Positions 1 through 9,437 of a stretch of DNA of 64,000 nt are shown here, in pieces. A program made the translations under genes and the position numbers. This DNA is from Solirubrobacterales bacterium (GTDB lineage Bacteria > Actinomycetota > Thermoleophilia > Solirubrobacterales > 70-9). Under the pieces are notes generated by a model. That model was given only the letters and a program-made list of their open reading frames with translations. It made no database searches and was not told the DNA's origin. Each line of letters starts with the position of its first letter. Position 1 is the stretch's first letter. The stretch covers positions 1,736 to 65,735 of the forward strand of contig JAIBCJ010000003.1 of the NCBI GenBank assembly GCA_019694145.1, in the 5' to 3' direction.

Positions 1-9
1 GGACGGCCA

Positions 10-777
10 GTGAGCCCGTCGATGGTGCGGCTGGTCTCCCTGACCAGGCGCGAGGTCAGCCGCTTTCTCAAGATCCCCCGCCAGACGGTCGGCGCACCGT
101 TGCTCGAGACCTTCCTTTACATCTCGATCTTCGGTGCCGCGCTCGGTTCCCGGGTGGGTGACCTTCACGGTTACGAATACATCGTCTTCGTGGTCCCAGG
201 CCTGATCATGATGGCCTTCGCGATCAACGCCTTCACCAACAACTCGTCATCGATCCTTCAGCAGAAGTTCCAGGGGGCAATCGATGACCAGCTCTCCTCC
301 CCGGCCTCGCCCGGCCAGTTGCTCCTGGCCTTCACGCTCGGGGGTTTCCTGCGCGGCCTCTTGATCTCGGTCGTCACGTTCCTGGTCGCCAGCCTGCTGA
401 TCGACCTGCCGGTCAAGCACTTCTACATCCTCATTCCCGCCCTGTTTCTGGTCGGCTGGTTCTTCGCCAGCCTCGGTGTGCTGGTCGGGGTCAGGGCGGA
501 ACAGTTCGACGACGTCTCGTTTGCCCAGACCTTCATCCTCCAGCCGCTGATCTTCCTCGGCGGCGTGTTCTACTCGGCCTCGCTCCTGCCCGAGCCCTAC
601 GAAACCCTGACCCATTTCAACCCGGTCTACTACATGATCTCCCTGGTCCGTTACGGGTTTCTCGGGGTCGCCGACATCAGCGTCTGGCTTTCACTTGCCC
701 TGCTCACCGCGGCCACCGCCGCACTCACCTTCGCCAACTACCGGATGTTCAAGTCCGGCTACAAGCTCCGGAGATAA
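10..777 (+). CDS. ABC-2 type transporter permease
   Basis: 255-aa ORF with about six hydrophobic segments. ABC-2/NodJ-YadH-like sequence (LETFLYISIFGAALG, FNPVYYMISLVRYGF). The partner ATPase would lie upstream, outside the window. Confidence 0.75.
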   Translation: MSPSMVRLVSLTRREVSRFLKIPRQTVGAPLLETFLYISIFGAALGSRVGDLHGYEYIVFVVPGLIMMAFAINAFTNNSSSILQQKFQGAIDDQLSSPASPGQLLLAFTLGGFLRGLLISVVTFLVASLLIDLPVKHFYILIPALFLVGWFFASLGVLVGVRAEQFDDVSFAQTFILQPLIFLGGVFYSASLLPEPYETLTHFNPVYYMISLVRYGFLGVADISVWLSLALLTAATAALTFANYRMFKSGYKLRR

Positions 778-784
778 CGACGGA

Positions 785-2797
785 TCAGCGCCTGATCCTG
801 ATGACCACCTTGGCGACCGGGGACTGGTTGCCGAGCTTGTCGCGGGTCCTGATCTTGATCACCGTCTTGCCCTTGCGGGTGACCTTGCGGGTCTTCGGCA
901 CGGATTTCGGGTTGAGCCCGACGCCGGCGGTCCCGTCCGGCAGCTTGCCGTCCGGCTTGCCGATCACCTTGACCCGGACCGGGCCCCTGAACTGGCCTTT
1001 GACCTTGTGACCCTTGAGCACGATCTTCGGCTTCGCCGGTCCGGTCCGGTCGATCTTGACCGCGACGCTGGCTTCCGAGAACGGGGTCACGACGGTCTCC
1101 GGCTCGGAGATGTTGGTGCCGGGCAGCACGGTGGCGCTGTTCACCCGGAAGTAGGCGGTTCCCTGGGCGGCATCCGCAATGGTCGCGGTGCTGTCGCTCA
1201 CCGACTTCGTCTTGACCTTTGCCCAGGCGTTGGGCTTTTTGGTGCTGGCCCGCTGAACCTCGAAGGTCGTGTCGGGGGCTTCGGTCCCGACCCAGACGAG
1301 CTGGAAGCCGCCCTTGTTCGATGTTCCGCCGATCACGCTCGGCAGCGACGGCCGGAGCCGCGCGTATTCACGTGAGTCCCCCTTCAACCGGTCGGCATCC
1401 TCGGGCAGGATGAAGCCGGAATCGGCCAGGGCGTCGGCCGCCTCGGAGTACTGCGCCAGGTAGTCGGCCTGATCGGTGTAAAGCGAATGAAGCAGCTCGG
1501 GCGAGAACGGGACCGATGAACCGAACAGCCCGCAGAAGGCAGAGAAGATTGAGCCTCCGGGAGCCGCCGAGTTGATGCCGTCATTGGTCGCGGTGGGCAC
1601 CGTCACGTCGGGGTAGCGGATTGCGCCCAGCGCGATCCCGTTCTCGTCGCGTTCCAGCTGGTTGGCCATGTCCGGGGGACTCGCCTGGTACTCGCCGCGT
1701 GGCGCGATCGGCGGTGCGGCGTCGTCACCCACCCAGCCGACCAGGTCGCTGATCGCGGCGTTCTGGGTGTAGGGCCACTTGATTCGCGACAGCGGGAACT
1801 TGACGCAGTTCGCCGTCACGGTGGCGAAGTCGCGCGAGAACACCGGGTTCAGATTGTCGAAGGCGACCCGGGGCAGGTGGGACGCCGCCGCGACCTCCCA
1901 GTGGCGAATCGAACCGGTGTCCGGATCGGACGCGACGGTTCGCGGAACCCGGTTCTCGGTCTCGGTGATGATCCGGATCGCCTTCTCCCCGCGGTCGCCG
2001 CGGAGCGCGGAGGTGCAGACCGTCAGCAGATAGGCATCCACGACTTCATGAATCGGCTCGATCCGGTTGTAATGGGTGACCAGACGACCGCAGGACTGTG
2101 ATTCACCCGAGGCGATCACCATCGAGGGCGTGATCCCGCCCAGGGGATCGACGCCGTTGCGGCTGCCCTTCAGTGCCTTGACGACCGAGGAGTAGACGTC
2201 ATATGAGAGGGCGTCGGCATCCAGGCCGGTACCGGTCGGCACGGTGTCGTTGCCGTTGACCGTCAGCGTCCCGTAACGGTCGCTGTCGAAGGCCTTCAGG
2301 GAGGCGACACCGACGTTCTGGGCGGTCACCCCGACGAAGGTGTAACCGTGCTTGAGCAGGAAGTACGGGTCACCGAACCAGTTGAACTCGACGTCCTGGG
2401 TCGAGGTGACGTTGTTCCATTCGGCGATGACCACGCCGTTCGCGTCGGCCGGATTGGCGGGGCGCCTGACCACGATCCGGGTCTTGAACGGGTACTTGCC
2501 GTCATCGGCCGAACCACCGGTCGTGATCTTTGCCGCGGGAGTGTCGATCGCTCCGGTCATGTCGTACCGGTAGGCGTCACCGGCGAGGAAATACTCGTTC
2601 TCGACGTAGCCGTACTTGTCAAGGTCGATGTCGGTGGCCAGAAACGGATGTGAATCGGCGGTCACCGCGATCGGGCCGGTCACCGTCGCGGTCGGAATCT
2701 GGCTGAGATCAGCCGACGCCGGACCGGCCATAACCAGCATGAAAAATGACGCCGCAATCGTCGAGACGACGGCTGAGAACTTCCTGCCTGAACCCAT
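785..2797 (-). CDS. Exported protein of unknown function (possibly alpha/beta-hydrolase-like core) with basic C-terminal tail
   Basis: 670-aa ORF with N-terminal signal peptide (FFMLVMAGPASA/DL) and RBS GGAGAGG upstream. The last ~95 aa are Lys/Arg-rich alternating strands ending KVVIRIRR. Confidence 0.7.
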   Translation of the reverse strand: MGSGRKFSAVVSTIAASFFMLVMAGPASADLSQIPTATVTGPIAVTADSHPFLATDIDLDKYGYVENEYFLAGDAYRYDMTGAIDTPAAKITTGGSADDGKYPFKTRIVVRRPANPADANGVVIAEWNNVTSTQDVEFNWFGDPYFLLKHGYTFVGVTAQNVGVASLKAFDSDRYGTLTVNGNDTVPTGTGLDADALSYDVYSSVVKALKGSRNGVDPLGGITPSMVIASGESQSCGRLVTHYNRIEPIHEVVDAYLLTVCTSALRGDRGEKAIRIITETENRVPRTVASDPDTGSIRHWEVAAASHLPRVAFDNLNPVFSRDFATVTANCVKFPLSRIKWPYTQNAAISDLVGWVGDDAAPPIAPRGEYQASPPDMANQLERDENGIALGAIRYPDVTVPTATNDGINSAAPGGSIFSAFCGLFGSSVPFSPELLHSLYTDQADYLAQYSEAADALADSGFILPEDADRLKGDSREYARLRPSLPSVIGGTSNKGGFQLVWVGTEAPDTTFEVQRASTKKPNAWAKVKTKSVSDSTATIADAAQGTAYFRVNSATVLPGTNISEPETVVTPFSEASVAVKIDRTGPAKPKIVLKGHKVKGQFRGPVRVKVIGKPDGKLPDGTAGVGLNPKSVPKTRKVTRKGKTVIKIRTRDKLGNQSPVAKVVIRIRR

Positions 2798-2808
2798 TTA
2801 CCTCTCCC

Positions 2809-2834
2809 TCTCCCGTTGAAAAAGCTACGGGAGA
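2809..2834 (-). terminator. Hairpin downstream of thrC
   Basis: TCTCCCGT/ACGGGAGA 8-bp inverted repeat with a 10-nt loop, 19 nt after the thrC stop. No clear U-tract. Confidence 0.4.
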
Positions 2835-2852
2835 ATCTACCGCAGTTGGCGC

Positions 2853-3887
2853 CTAGCCAAAGACAGCTTCTTCGACCGCGCCGATTTCGTTCGGGCAGTT
2901 GATCACCGAGGGGGCCTTGCCGAGAGCGGTGTCCGGATCCTTGAGGCCGTGGCCGGTGAGTACGCAGACAACCGTCTCGGGCTTCTCCATTCCCTCCACG
3001 GTCGGCAGGCCGTGGTTGAGAATTCCGGCCACCGAAGCGGCCGAGGCCGGTTCGCAGAACACACCTTCGTTGGCGGCAAGCCAGCGGTAGGCGTCGAGGA
3101 TCTGCTCGTCGCTGACCGCGGCGACCCGTCCCCTCGAGGAGTTGAAGGCGTTCATCGCCTCTTCCCAGCGGGCCGGGTTGCCGATCCGGATCGCCGAAGC
3201 GACCGTCTCCGGGTGGGCGACCGGGGCGCCGTCAACCAGCGGAGCCGAGCCGGCGGCCTGGAAGCCGTAACAGATCGGTGCGGTTCCCCTTTCCTGAAAG
3301 CCCTTCCAGTAGGCGGTCACGTTGCCGGCGTTGCCGACCGGGATCGCCAGTGCGTCCGGGGCCTGGCCAAGCTCGTCGATGAGCTCGAACGCGGCCGTCT
3401 TCTGACCTTCGATCCTGTACGGGTTGACCGAGTTGACCAGCTCGATCGGATTCCGTTCGGCCAGCTGCCGGACGATGGTCAGGGCATCATCGAAGTTGCC
3501 TTCGAGGGCGACCACCCGGGCCCCGTGCATGAGCGATTGGGCCAGCTTGCCGATCGCGATCTTGCCTTCGGGGACGATGACCGCGCCGCGCAGCCCCGCC
3601 CGCACCGCGTAGGCGGAGGCGGAAGCGGCGGTGTTGCCGGTCGAGGCACAGATCACGGCCTTGGCACCACGCCCGGCCGCCCGGGAAACCGCCACGGTCA
3701 TGCCGCGATCCTTGAAGGAGCCGGTCGGGTTCGCACCTTCGACCTTCAGCCAGACCCGGGCCCCGACCCGCTCGGAAAGGCGCGGCGCCTCGACCAGCGG
3801 GGTCGAGCCCTCGTTCAGGCTGACGACCGGATCACCCGGATCCAGCGGCAGGGCGTCGCGGTACCTCTCGATAAGTGGCTGTGGCAT
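2853..3887 (-). CDS. thrC: Threonine synthase
   Basis: 344-aa PLP-enzyme sequence with the lysine motif [10 protein letters not shown]. Sits directly downstream of hom. Confidence 0.9.
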   Translation of the reverse strand: MPQPLIERYRDALPLDPGDPVVSLNEGSTPLVEAPRLSERVGARVWLKVEGANPTGSFKDRGMTVAVSRAAGRGAKAVICASTGNTAASASAYAVRAGLRGAVIVPEGKIAIGKLAQSLMHGARVVALEGNFDDALTIVRQLAERNPIELVNSVNPYRIEGQKTAAFELIDELGQAPDALAIPVGNAGNVTAYWKGFQERGTAPICYGFQAAGSAPLVDGAPVAHPETVASAIRIGNPARWEEAMNAFNSSRGRVAAVSDEQILDAYRWLAANEGVFCEPASAASVAGILNHGLPTVEGMEKPETVVCVLTGHGLKDPDTALGKAPSVINCPNEIGAVEEAVFG

Positions 3888-3893
3888 GGCTTC

Positions 3894-5120
3894 CTAACCT
3901 GTGAATTCTTCTTCGATGACCCGGATGAAGCGCGGCCCCGACTTGAGCGAGTCGAGCTCCGCGATCTGCGCGACCGCCGCCTTGAATTCCGATTCGAGGC
4001 AACGGTGGATGACCATCACCAGGCGGGCGTCGTCGCCGAGCCCGCGCTGGACGACGCTCTTGACTGACACGCCACCGTCGGAAAGCACCTTGGCGACTTC
4101 AGCCAGGACCCCCGGTTCGTCGGCAACCTCGAGGTGGAGGTAAAAGGATGAAGTGACGTCGGCCAGCACCGGCAGGTCGCGGTCGGCGGTGTGGACGCGG
4201 GCGTCGCCGGCCGCGACCGAAACCACGTCACCGAGCACGGCGGCAGCGGTCTGAAGACCACCGGCGCCGGGGCCGGACATGGTCACCTCGGTGATTTCGG
4301 GCGCCTCCACCATCACCGCGTTGAACGGACCCTCGATCGGCGCCAGGGGATGGCCCGGGTAAAGGAAGCAGGGAAAGACCCGGACGGTGATCCCCTGCTC
4401 CAGCTTCTCGGCGACCCCGAGCAGCTTCAGCGAAAGGCCGAGCTCCTTGGCGTAGGCGAGATCATCCGGCTGGATGTCCTCGATCCCCTCGAAGTCGACC
4501 TGATCAAGGGTGACCGGGGTGTGAAAGGCGAGCCGGGCGAGGATCGCCATCTTCGCGGCGGCGTCGGCCCCGTTCACATCCTCGGTCGGGTCGGCCTCGG
4601 CGTAACCGAGTTCCTGGGCCCGCTTCAGCACCTCGGCGTAGGAGGCACCGGTGGCGGCCATCTCGGAAAGGATGAAGTTCGTCGTCCCGTTGACGATGCC
4701 GAAGACCTTGCTGAACTCGACCGCGCCGAAGCTTTCCTGAACCACGCGGATCACCGGCACGACCGCAGCCACTGCGGCCTCGAAGCGGAGCTGGACCCCG
4801 CCTTCTTCGGCGGCGGCGAAGAGCTCGGCCCCGTGCTGGGCGAGCAGTTGCTTGTTCGCGGTGACCACCGGCACGCCGGCCCTGAGCGCCGCCAGCACAT
4901 GTTCGCGGGCGGTGTCGGTGCCGCCCATCAACTCGACGATCACGTCGGCATCGGGCAGGATCTCGCCGAAATCACCCTGGCTGCGGGTCAGGACCCCGGT
5001 CACCTCCGGCCGACGGCCGGTCGCCGCCTCGACCTGGTCGGCCCGTTCGGCAACAAGTTCATCGAAGGCGGAGCCGACGGTTCCCCGTCCGAGCAGGCCG
5101 ATGCGCAGGTTCTCGCTCAC
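3894..5120 (-). CDS. hom: Homoserine dehydrogenase with C-terminal ACT domain
   Basis: N-terminal NAD-binding GLLGRGTVG, central homoserine-DH core, ACT-like tail (FYLHLEVADEPGVLAEVAKVL). Overlaps the lysA stop by 4 nt. Confidence 0.9.
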   Translation of the reverse strand: MSENLRIGLLGRGTVGSAFDELVAERADQVEAATGRRPEVTGVLTRSQGDFGEILPDADVIVELMGGTDTAREHVLAALRAGVPVVTANKQLLAQHGAELFAAAEEGGVQLRFEAAVAAVVPVIRVVQESFGAVEFSKVFGIVNGTTNFILSEMAATGASYAEVLKRAQELGYAEADPTEDVNGADAAAKMAILARLAFHTPVTLDQVDFEGIEDIQPDDLAYAKELGLSLKLLGVAEKLEQGITVRVFPCFLYPGHPLAPIEGPFNAVMVEAPEITEVTMSGPGAGGLQTAAAVLGDVVSVAAGDARVHTADRDLPVLADVTSSFYLHLEVADEPGVLAEVAKVLSDGGVSVKSVVQRGLGDDARLVMVIHRCLESEFKAAVAQIAELDSLKSGPRFIRVIEEEFTG

Positions 5121-6379
5121 ATGTCCCTCCTGAGAAGGTCATCCCAGGTTTCGCGTCGCACCACCACGGTGGCTTCGCCGTCTTCACAGAAAATCACGGG
5201 CGGCCGCGGCATTCCGTTGTAGTTGTTCGACATCGAGTGCCCGTAGGCGCCGGTCGCCGGGGTAAGCAGGATGTCCCCCACCCGGGGGTTCGCGAGCTCG
5301 ACATCACGGATCAGGATATCTCCGGACTCGCAATGTGAACCGGCGACGGTGACGGTGGTCCCGGCGGGGTCATCGGGCCGGTCGGCGATCACCGCCGTGT
5401 ACTTCGCGTCATAGAGCATCGGCCGGAGGTTGTCGGACATGCCGCCGTCCACCGCGACATAGGTCCGGACCCCGGGGATCTCCTTCACGGTCCCGATCCG
5501 GTAGATCGTCACCCCGGCGGTACCAACCAGCGAGCGGCCCGGCTCGATCAGGATCTTGACCTCGTCTCCGAAGACGTCGCGAACCGCCTGGACCTTGAGG
5601 TTCACGTACTCCTCGATCGGCGGGGGTGAATCGGCCTCGTCGTAAGAGATCCCGAGGCCGCCGCCGAGGTCGAGGATCGAGCACCAGTCGCCGCGCAACT
5701 CGCCGAGTGCCTCGACCGCCAGGCGGAAGGGCTCGATCTCGAAGATCTGGGAGCCGATGTGAAAATGAAGGCCGACCAGATTCAGGGTGTCCGAGGCAAG
5801 CACCCGGGTGATCGCTTTGGCGGCTGTACCGTCCTCCAGCCCGAAGCCGAACTTCGAGTCAAGCTGGCCGGTCTGGATGAAGGAGTGGGTTGACGGTTTG
5901 ATGCCCGGGGTGACCCGGATCAGCACGTCCTGCTTGCGCTTCAGCACCCGCTCGCATCGATCGATTTCGTCAAACGAGTCGACGATCAGGTGGCCGACCC
6001 CCGAGTTGCCGGCGAGCACCAGCTCGGCGTCGGTCTTGTTGTTGCCGTGCATGTAGATCCTGGCCGGGTCGAAACCGGCGGTAAGGGCCATGGTCAACTC
6101 GCCACCCGAGGCGACATCGACCGAAAGTCCTTCTTCGGCGAAGAGCCGGTAGGCGGCCGTGACCGGCAGGGCCTTGCTCGCGAAAAGCACTTCGAAGTGA
6201 TCGGTATGTGCGGCGAAGGCACGCTGATAGGCCCGGGCCCGTTCCCGCATTTCGGCCGTGGCGAAGAGGTAGGACGGGGTGCCGAACTCGCGGGCGAGTT
6301 CGATTACGTCGCAGCCTCCAATCTCGAGGTGGCCGGCGTCATTGGTGGTTGTCCCAACCGGGTATGGCATCGCCGCCAT
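5117..6379 (-). CDS. lysA: Diaminopimelate decarboxylase
   Basis: 420-aa type III PLP decarboxylase with motifs GGGLGISY and SHCESGD. Forms the actinobacterial-type lysA-hom-thrC order. Confidence 0.9.
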   Translation of the reverse strand: MAAMPYPVGTTTNDAGHLEIGGCDVIELAREFGTPSYLFATAEMRERARAYQRAFAAHTDHFEVLFASKALPVTAAYRLFAEEGLSVDVASGGELTMALTAGFDPARIYMHGNNKTDAELVLAGNSGVGHLIVDSFDEIDRCERVLKRKQDVLIRVTPGIKPSTHSFIQTGQLDSKFGFGLEDGTAAKAITRVLASDTLNLVGLHFHIGSQIFEIEPFRLAVEALGELRGDWCSILDLGGGLGISYDEADSPPPIEEYVNLKVQAVRDVFGDEVKILIEPGRSLVGTAGVTIYRIGTVKEIPGVRTYVAVDGGMSDNLRPMLYDAKYTAVIADRPDDPAGTTVTVAGSHCESGDILIRDVELANPRVGDILLTPATGAYGHSMSNNYNGMPRPPVIFCEDGEATVVVRRETWDDLLRRDM

Positions 6380-6425
6380 TCTTACGATTTCCGGTGAACG
6401 ACACCGTTTGGATACGGTTCACGCC

Positions 6426-7712
6426 GTGGCAAGCTCCGCAAGACGGCCGATCAACGCACCGCCAGGGAGTCCGCAGGGCACCGGGGTGCCCTGGCTCGGC
6501 CTCTCGATCCTGCTCGTCCTGCTGCTGATTCTGGCCGCCTTCGTCGCCTATTTCTTCTTTGACGTGGGCAAGGACGAAGGGGGCGATTCCTCCTCAGGCG
6601 TGACCGAGCTGGAAACCGGCGCAACCGGGGGCCAGGGCGCGATCGTCGGTCACTCGAACGGCCCGCTCGGTTTCCCCTCGGCGGCCACCCGCAACACGAC
6701 CAGGATCAGCGGCAGCGATCCGGTTGACATTTCGATGGCCGCCGCGCTGGCCGCCTACCCCACTTCAGGACCCGGTTCGCCACCGGCGGCGGTCACGATC
6801 ATCGACGCGAACGACTGGCAGTCGGGAGTCGCGGCAGCTTCGCTCAGTGCGCTGCCGATTGGCTCGCCGATCCTGCTCGCCCCGTCGGGCACGCTTTCAG
6901 CGACCGGCATGGACACGCTGGCCCAGCTCGATCCGCTCGGTTCGCCCGATACCGGCGAGAACAAGGTTTTCACGGTAGGAAAGGTCGCCCCGCCTTCCGG
7001 CTATGACGTTGAACGGCTGGACGGAAACAGCCCGGCCGAGATTGCCGCTGCAGTGGCAGACGAGCGCGCCGCCCTGACCGATGCACCACCTAACGCCTTC
7101 GTGGTCGTCTCCTCCGAGGCTCCCGATTACGCCACTCCGGCCGCGACCTGGGCCGCCCGATCCGGAGACGTCGTCCTCTACACCGGAAAGGATGAGGTGC
7201 CGAAGGCCACCCTCGACGTGATCAAGGACAAGGCCAACAAGGATGTCCCGATCTTCGTGCTCGGACCGTCGGATGTGGTCTCAAGCAAGGCCCTGAAACA
7301 ACTCGACAAGGCCGGCTCAACGGTCGAGCGGGTCGGCGGCGATGACCCTGAATCCGCCGCGGTCGAGCTGGTCCGCTTCTCGAGCGGCCTCTTCGGCTGG
7401 AGTCTGAACGAGCCCGGACACGGCTATGTCCTGGCCCGGACAGATCGCCCGATGGATGCGATCGCTGTGACCGCACTCTCTACAGGTGGTACCTGGGCGG
7501 CTCTGCTCCTGACCGATTCCAGCGAGAAGCTGCCGCAAGTGGTCGAGGACTATCTCCTTGATGTCAAGCCCGGCTATGAGACCGACCCGACCAAAGCGAT
7601 TTTCTCCCACGTCTGGATCGTGGGCGACGACTCGATTATCTCAGTGGACGAACAGGCGCGTGTCGATGACGCGGTCGAGCTTGCCCCCGTCGACACTGTG
7701 GCTGAGGGATGA
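6426..7712 (+). CDS. Membrane-anchored protein with three cell-wall-binding-repeat-2 (CWB2)-like modules
   Basis: The ORF is open from 6279, but that stretch overlaps lysA. The first GTG after lysA is at 6426, with another at 6486. It has a TM helix (LGLSILLVLLLILAAFVAYFFF) followed by three ~100-aa repeats (RISGSDPVD..., ERLDGNSPAE..., ERVGGDDPES...). The start is uncertain. Confidence 0.6.
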   Translation: MASSARRPINAPPGSPQGTGVPWLGLSILLVLLLILAAFVAYFFFDVGKDEGGDSSSGVTELETGATGGQGAIVGHSNGPLGFPSAATRNTTRISGSDPVDISMAAALAAYPTSGPGSPPAAVTIIDANDWQSGVAAASLSALPIGSPILLAPSGTLSATGMDTLAQLDPLGSPDTGENKVFTVGKVAPPSGYDVERLDGNSPAEIAAAVADERAALTDAPPNAFVVVSSEAPDYATPAATWAARSGDVVLYTGKDEVPKATLDVIKDKANKDVPIFVLGPSDVVSSKALKQLDKAGSTVERVGGDDPESAAVELVRFSSGLFGWSLNEPGHGYVLARTDRPMDAIAVTALSTGGTWAALLLTDSSEKLPQVVEDYLLDVKPGYETDPTKAIFSHVWIVGDDSIISVDEQARVDDAVELAPVDTVAEG

Positions 7713-7842
7713 ACCCGAAACGTTGGGACTACTTTCGTCCACTTTTCGGGGACAATGTTGGGCTACCCTGAGATCGGGGATTCTCAGTTACAAAGGCGCC
7801 TGCGTAGTCGGCTACGCGGACGTCTCTCAATGTTGGGACTTG

Positions 7843-7876
7843 GGTGTGCGGCCAGAAACGAATCCGACCGCACACC
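7843..7876 (-). terminator. Hairpin 7 nt downstream of the 7883..8314 gene
   Basis: GGTGTGCGG / CCGCACACC perfect 9-bp stem with a 16-nt loop. Confidence 0.4.
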
Positions 7877-7882
7877 TAGTCA

Positions 7883-8314
7883 CTACTGACAGGTCACGTC
7901 AGACGAATCGACCCGATTGAACTTTCCCGGGTCAGGTCGTTGCCCTCCAGGGTTCATGCAAGCAACTCCAGTGGTTGAGCCGCCCTCACTCAAGAGCAAC
8001 CGCACATCCTTCCTGCAGTTGTTCTTGGCAGACCATTGAGCTCCTACGTTGACCACCCCTACACAGGGCTCAATAACATTCTTGACGCCTCGATAGAGCC
8101 GCTGAGACCAGGAACAAAACCTAAATTCCGCGCATCCCGAACCATCTGCCGCGCTCACCGCAACCGCTTGATTCTCTATAGCGATACCTCGGTTTTCGGA
8201 AGCTGAAGCAGTTGATTGGCCGTGCGTTGTAATTGCGCCCGCGAAGCCCAATAGACCTAAACAAACTAGAACGGTCGCCACAAGACGCCGATGTCGCAAA
8301 TCGGTGTAACTCAT
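7883..8314 (-). CDS. Small secreted Cys-rich protein (peptidase-inhibitor I36-like pattern, tentative)
   Basis: Start taken at internal ATG 8314, preceded by a strong RBS GAGAGGAG. Signal peptide LVATVLVCLGLLGFAGA. Mature part has six Cys (CAEFRFCSW...C...C...C...C). Low-GC gene. Confidence 0.55.
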   Translation of the reverse strand: MSYTDLRHRRLVATVLVCLGLLGFAGAITTHGQSTASASENRGIAIENQAVAVSAADGSGCAEFRFCSWSQRLYRGVKNVIEPCVGVVNVGAQWSAKNNCRKDVRLLLSEGGSTTGVACMNPGGQRPDPGKFNRVDSSDVTCQ

Positions 8315-8475
8315 ACGAACTCCTCTCGTAGGTTGACCATCAGAGGCTACCGTGAAGGGCCGGAGACATGCGGCATATGGAAAAGTCACGTCGTCAGATA
8401 CTCAGGCGCATACCACTGAAAAATGGGGTCTGCGCCCAGACACGACACGTGGAAATAGTGGAGAATGCCCCAAAG

Positions 8476-8718
8476 ATGAGCGAAGCCGAGCACATCGGAG
8501 TATTGGACTCCGGCCAGAAAATCACTCCCGAGGACATCCGCGAGCTGACGGGTGCGGTCACCCCGCATTTCGCACAGCAGGTGCGGGTGCGGGTCGGACG
8601 CCTGATCTCGGGCCTCGATGCTTCGGATCCCGCCCGCGTCTTCGGCGAGCGCGAGATGGCGAGGCTTGAAGACCTCGCCCACCACAGCGGCCAGCCTGGC
8701 TCCGAATCGGCCCACTGA
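8476..8718 (+). CDS. Hypothetical small protein (80 aa)
   Basis: ATG at 8476 with GGAGAA upstream, high GC3, ends 17 nt before the MBL gene. No recognisable motif. An antisense ORF of similar length exists, so coding status is uncertain. Confidence 0.4.
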   Translation: MSEAEHIGVLDSGQKITPEDIRELTGAVTPHFAQQVRVRVGRLISGLDASDPARVFGEREMARLEDLAHHSGQPGSESAH

Positions 8719-8734
8719 ACCCGGAATTCGGAAG

Positions 8735-9412
8735 ATGGCACTGAAACAGGTCGCACCGGGGGTAGAGCGACTGGGCCAGTTCCCGCTGCCGATGGTCAAC
8801 GTGTACCTGGCCGGGGACATACTGGTCGATGCCGGAACGACCTGGGACCGGTTCCGGATCCCCCGCCAGATCAAGGACCGGAAGCTTTCGATGATCACCC
8901 TGACCCATGTCCACCCGGACCATCAGGGCCTGGCCCGCGACATCTGCCGCGACCGGGACATCCCGCTCGCCTGTCACGTCGATGACGTCGACGCGATGGA
9001 GGGCCGTCGTCCGGTTTCCGAAGGGCAGATCACCAGTTCACTCCTGAAGAAGATCCAGGGTTCATGGGAAGGCCCGCCCCACAAGGTCTCGAGGGTGCTC
9101 GAGGATGGCGATCAGGTCGGCGATTTCACGGTGGTCCACACCCCCGGTCATGCCCGAGGCCATGTGGTCTATTTCCGCGAATCTGACGGCGTGACCATCT
9201 GTGGCGACGTGATTCGCAACTTGAATTACGCGACCGGAATGTCCGGTCTGGACGAGCCGCCGGAGATGTTCACCTACGACCCGGCCGAGAACCGCAATTC
9301 GATCCGCAAACTCGCCGCCCTCAATCCCACGGTCCTCCTCCCCGGCCACGGCCCCGCGGTAACCGACATGGACGAATTCCAGGCCTGGGCCGCCGCCCTG
9401 CCGCAGGACTGA
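8735..9412 (+). CDS. MBL-fold metallo-hydrolase
   Basis: HxHxDH motif (THVHPDHQG), plus downstream HTPGH and a C-terminal GHG. Confidence 0.8.
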   Translation: MALKQVAPGVERLGQFPLPMVNVYLAGDILVDAGTTWDRFRIPRQIKDRKLSMITLTHVHPDHQGLARDICRDRDIPLACHVDDVDAMEGRRPVSEGQITSSLLKKIQGSWEGPPHKVSRVLEDGDQVGDFTVVHTPGHARGHVVYFRESDGVTICGDVIRNLNYATGMSGLDEPPEMFTYDPAENRNSIRKLAALNPTVLLPGHGPAVTDMDEFQAWAAALPQD

Positions 9413-9437
9413 CTGTCCGCAATGGTCCGTAAAGTGT

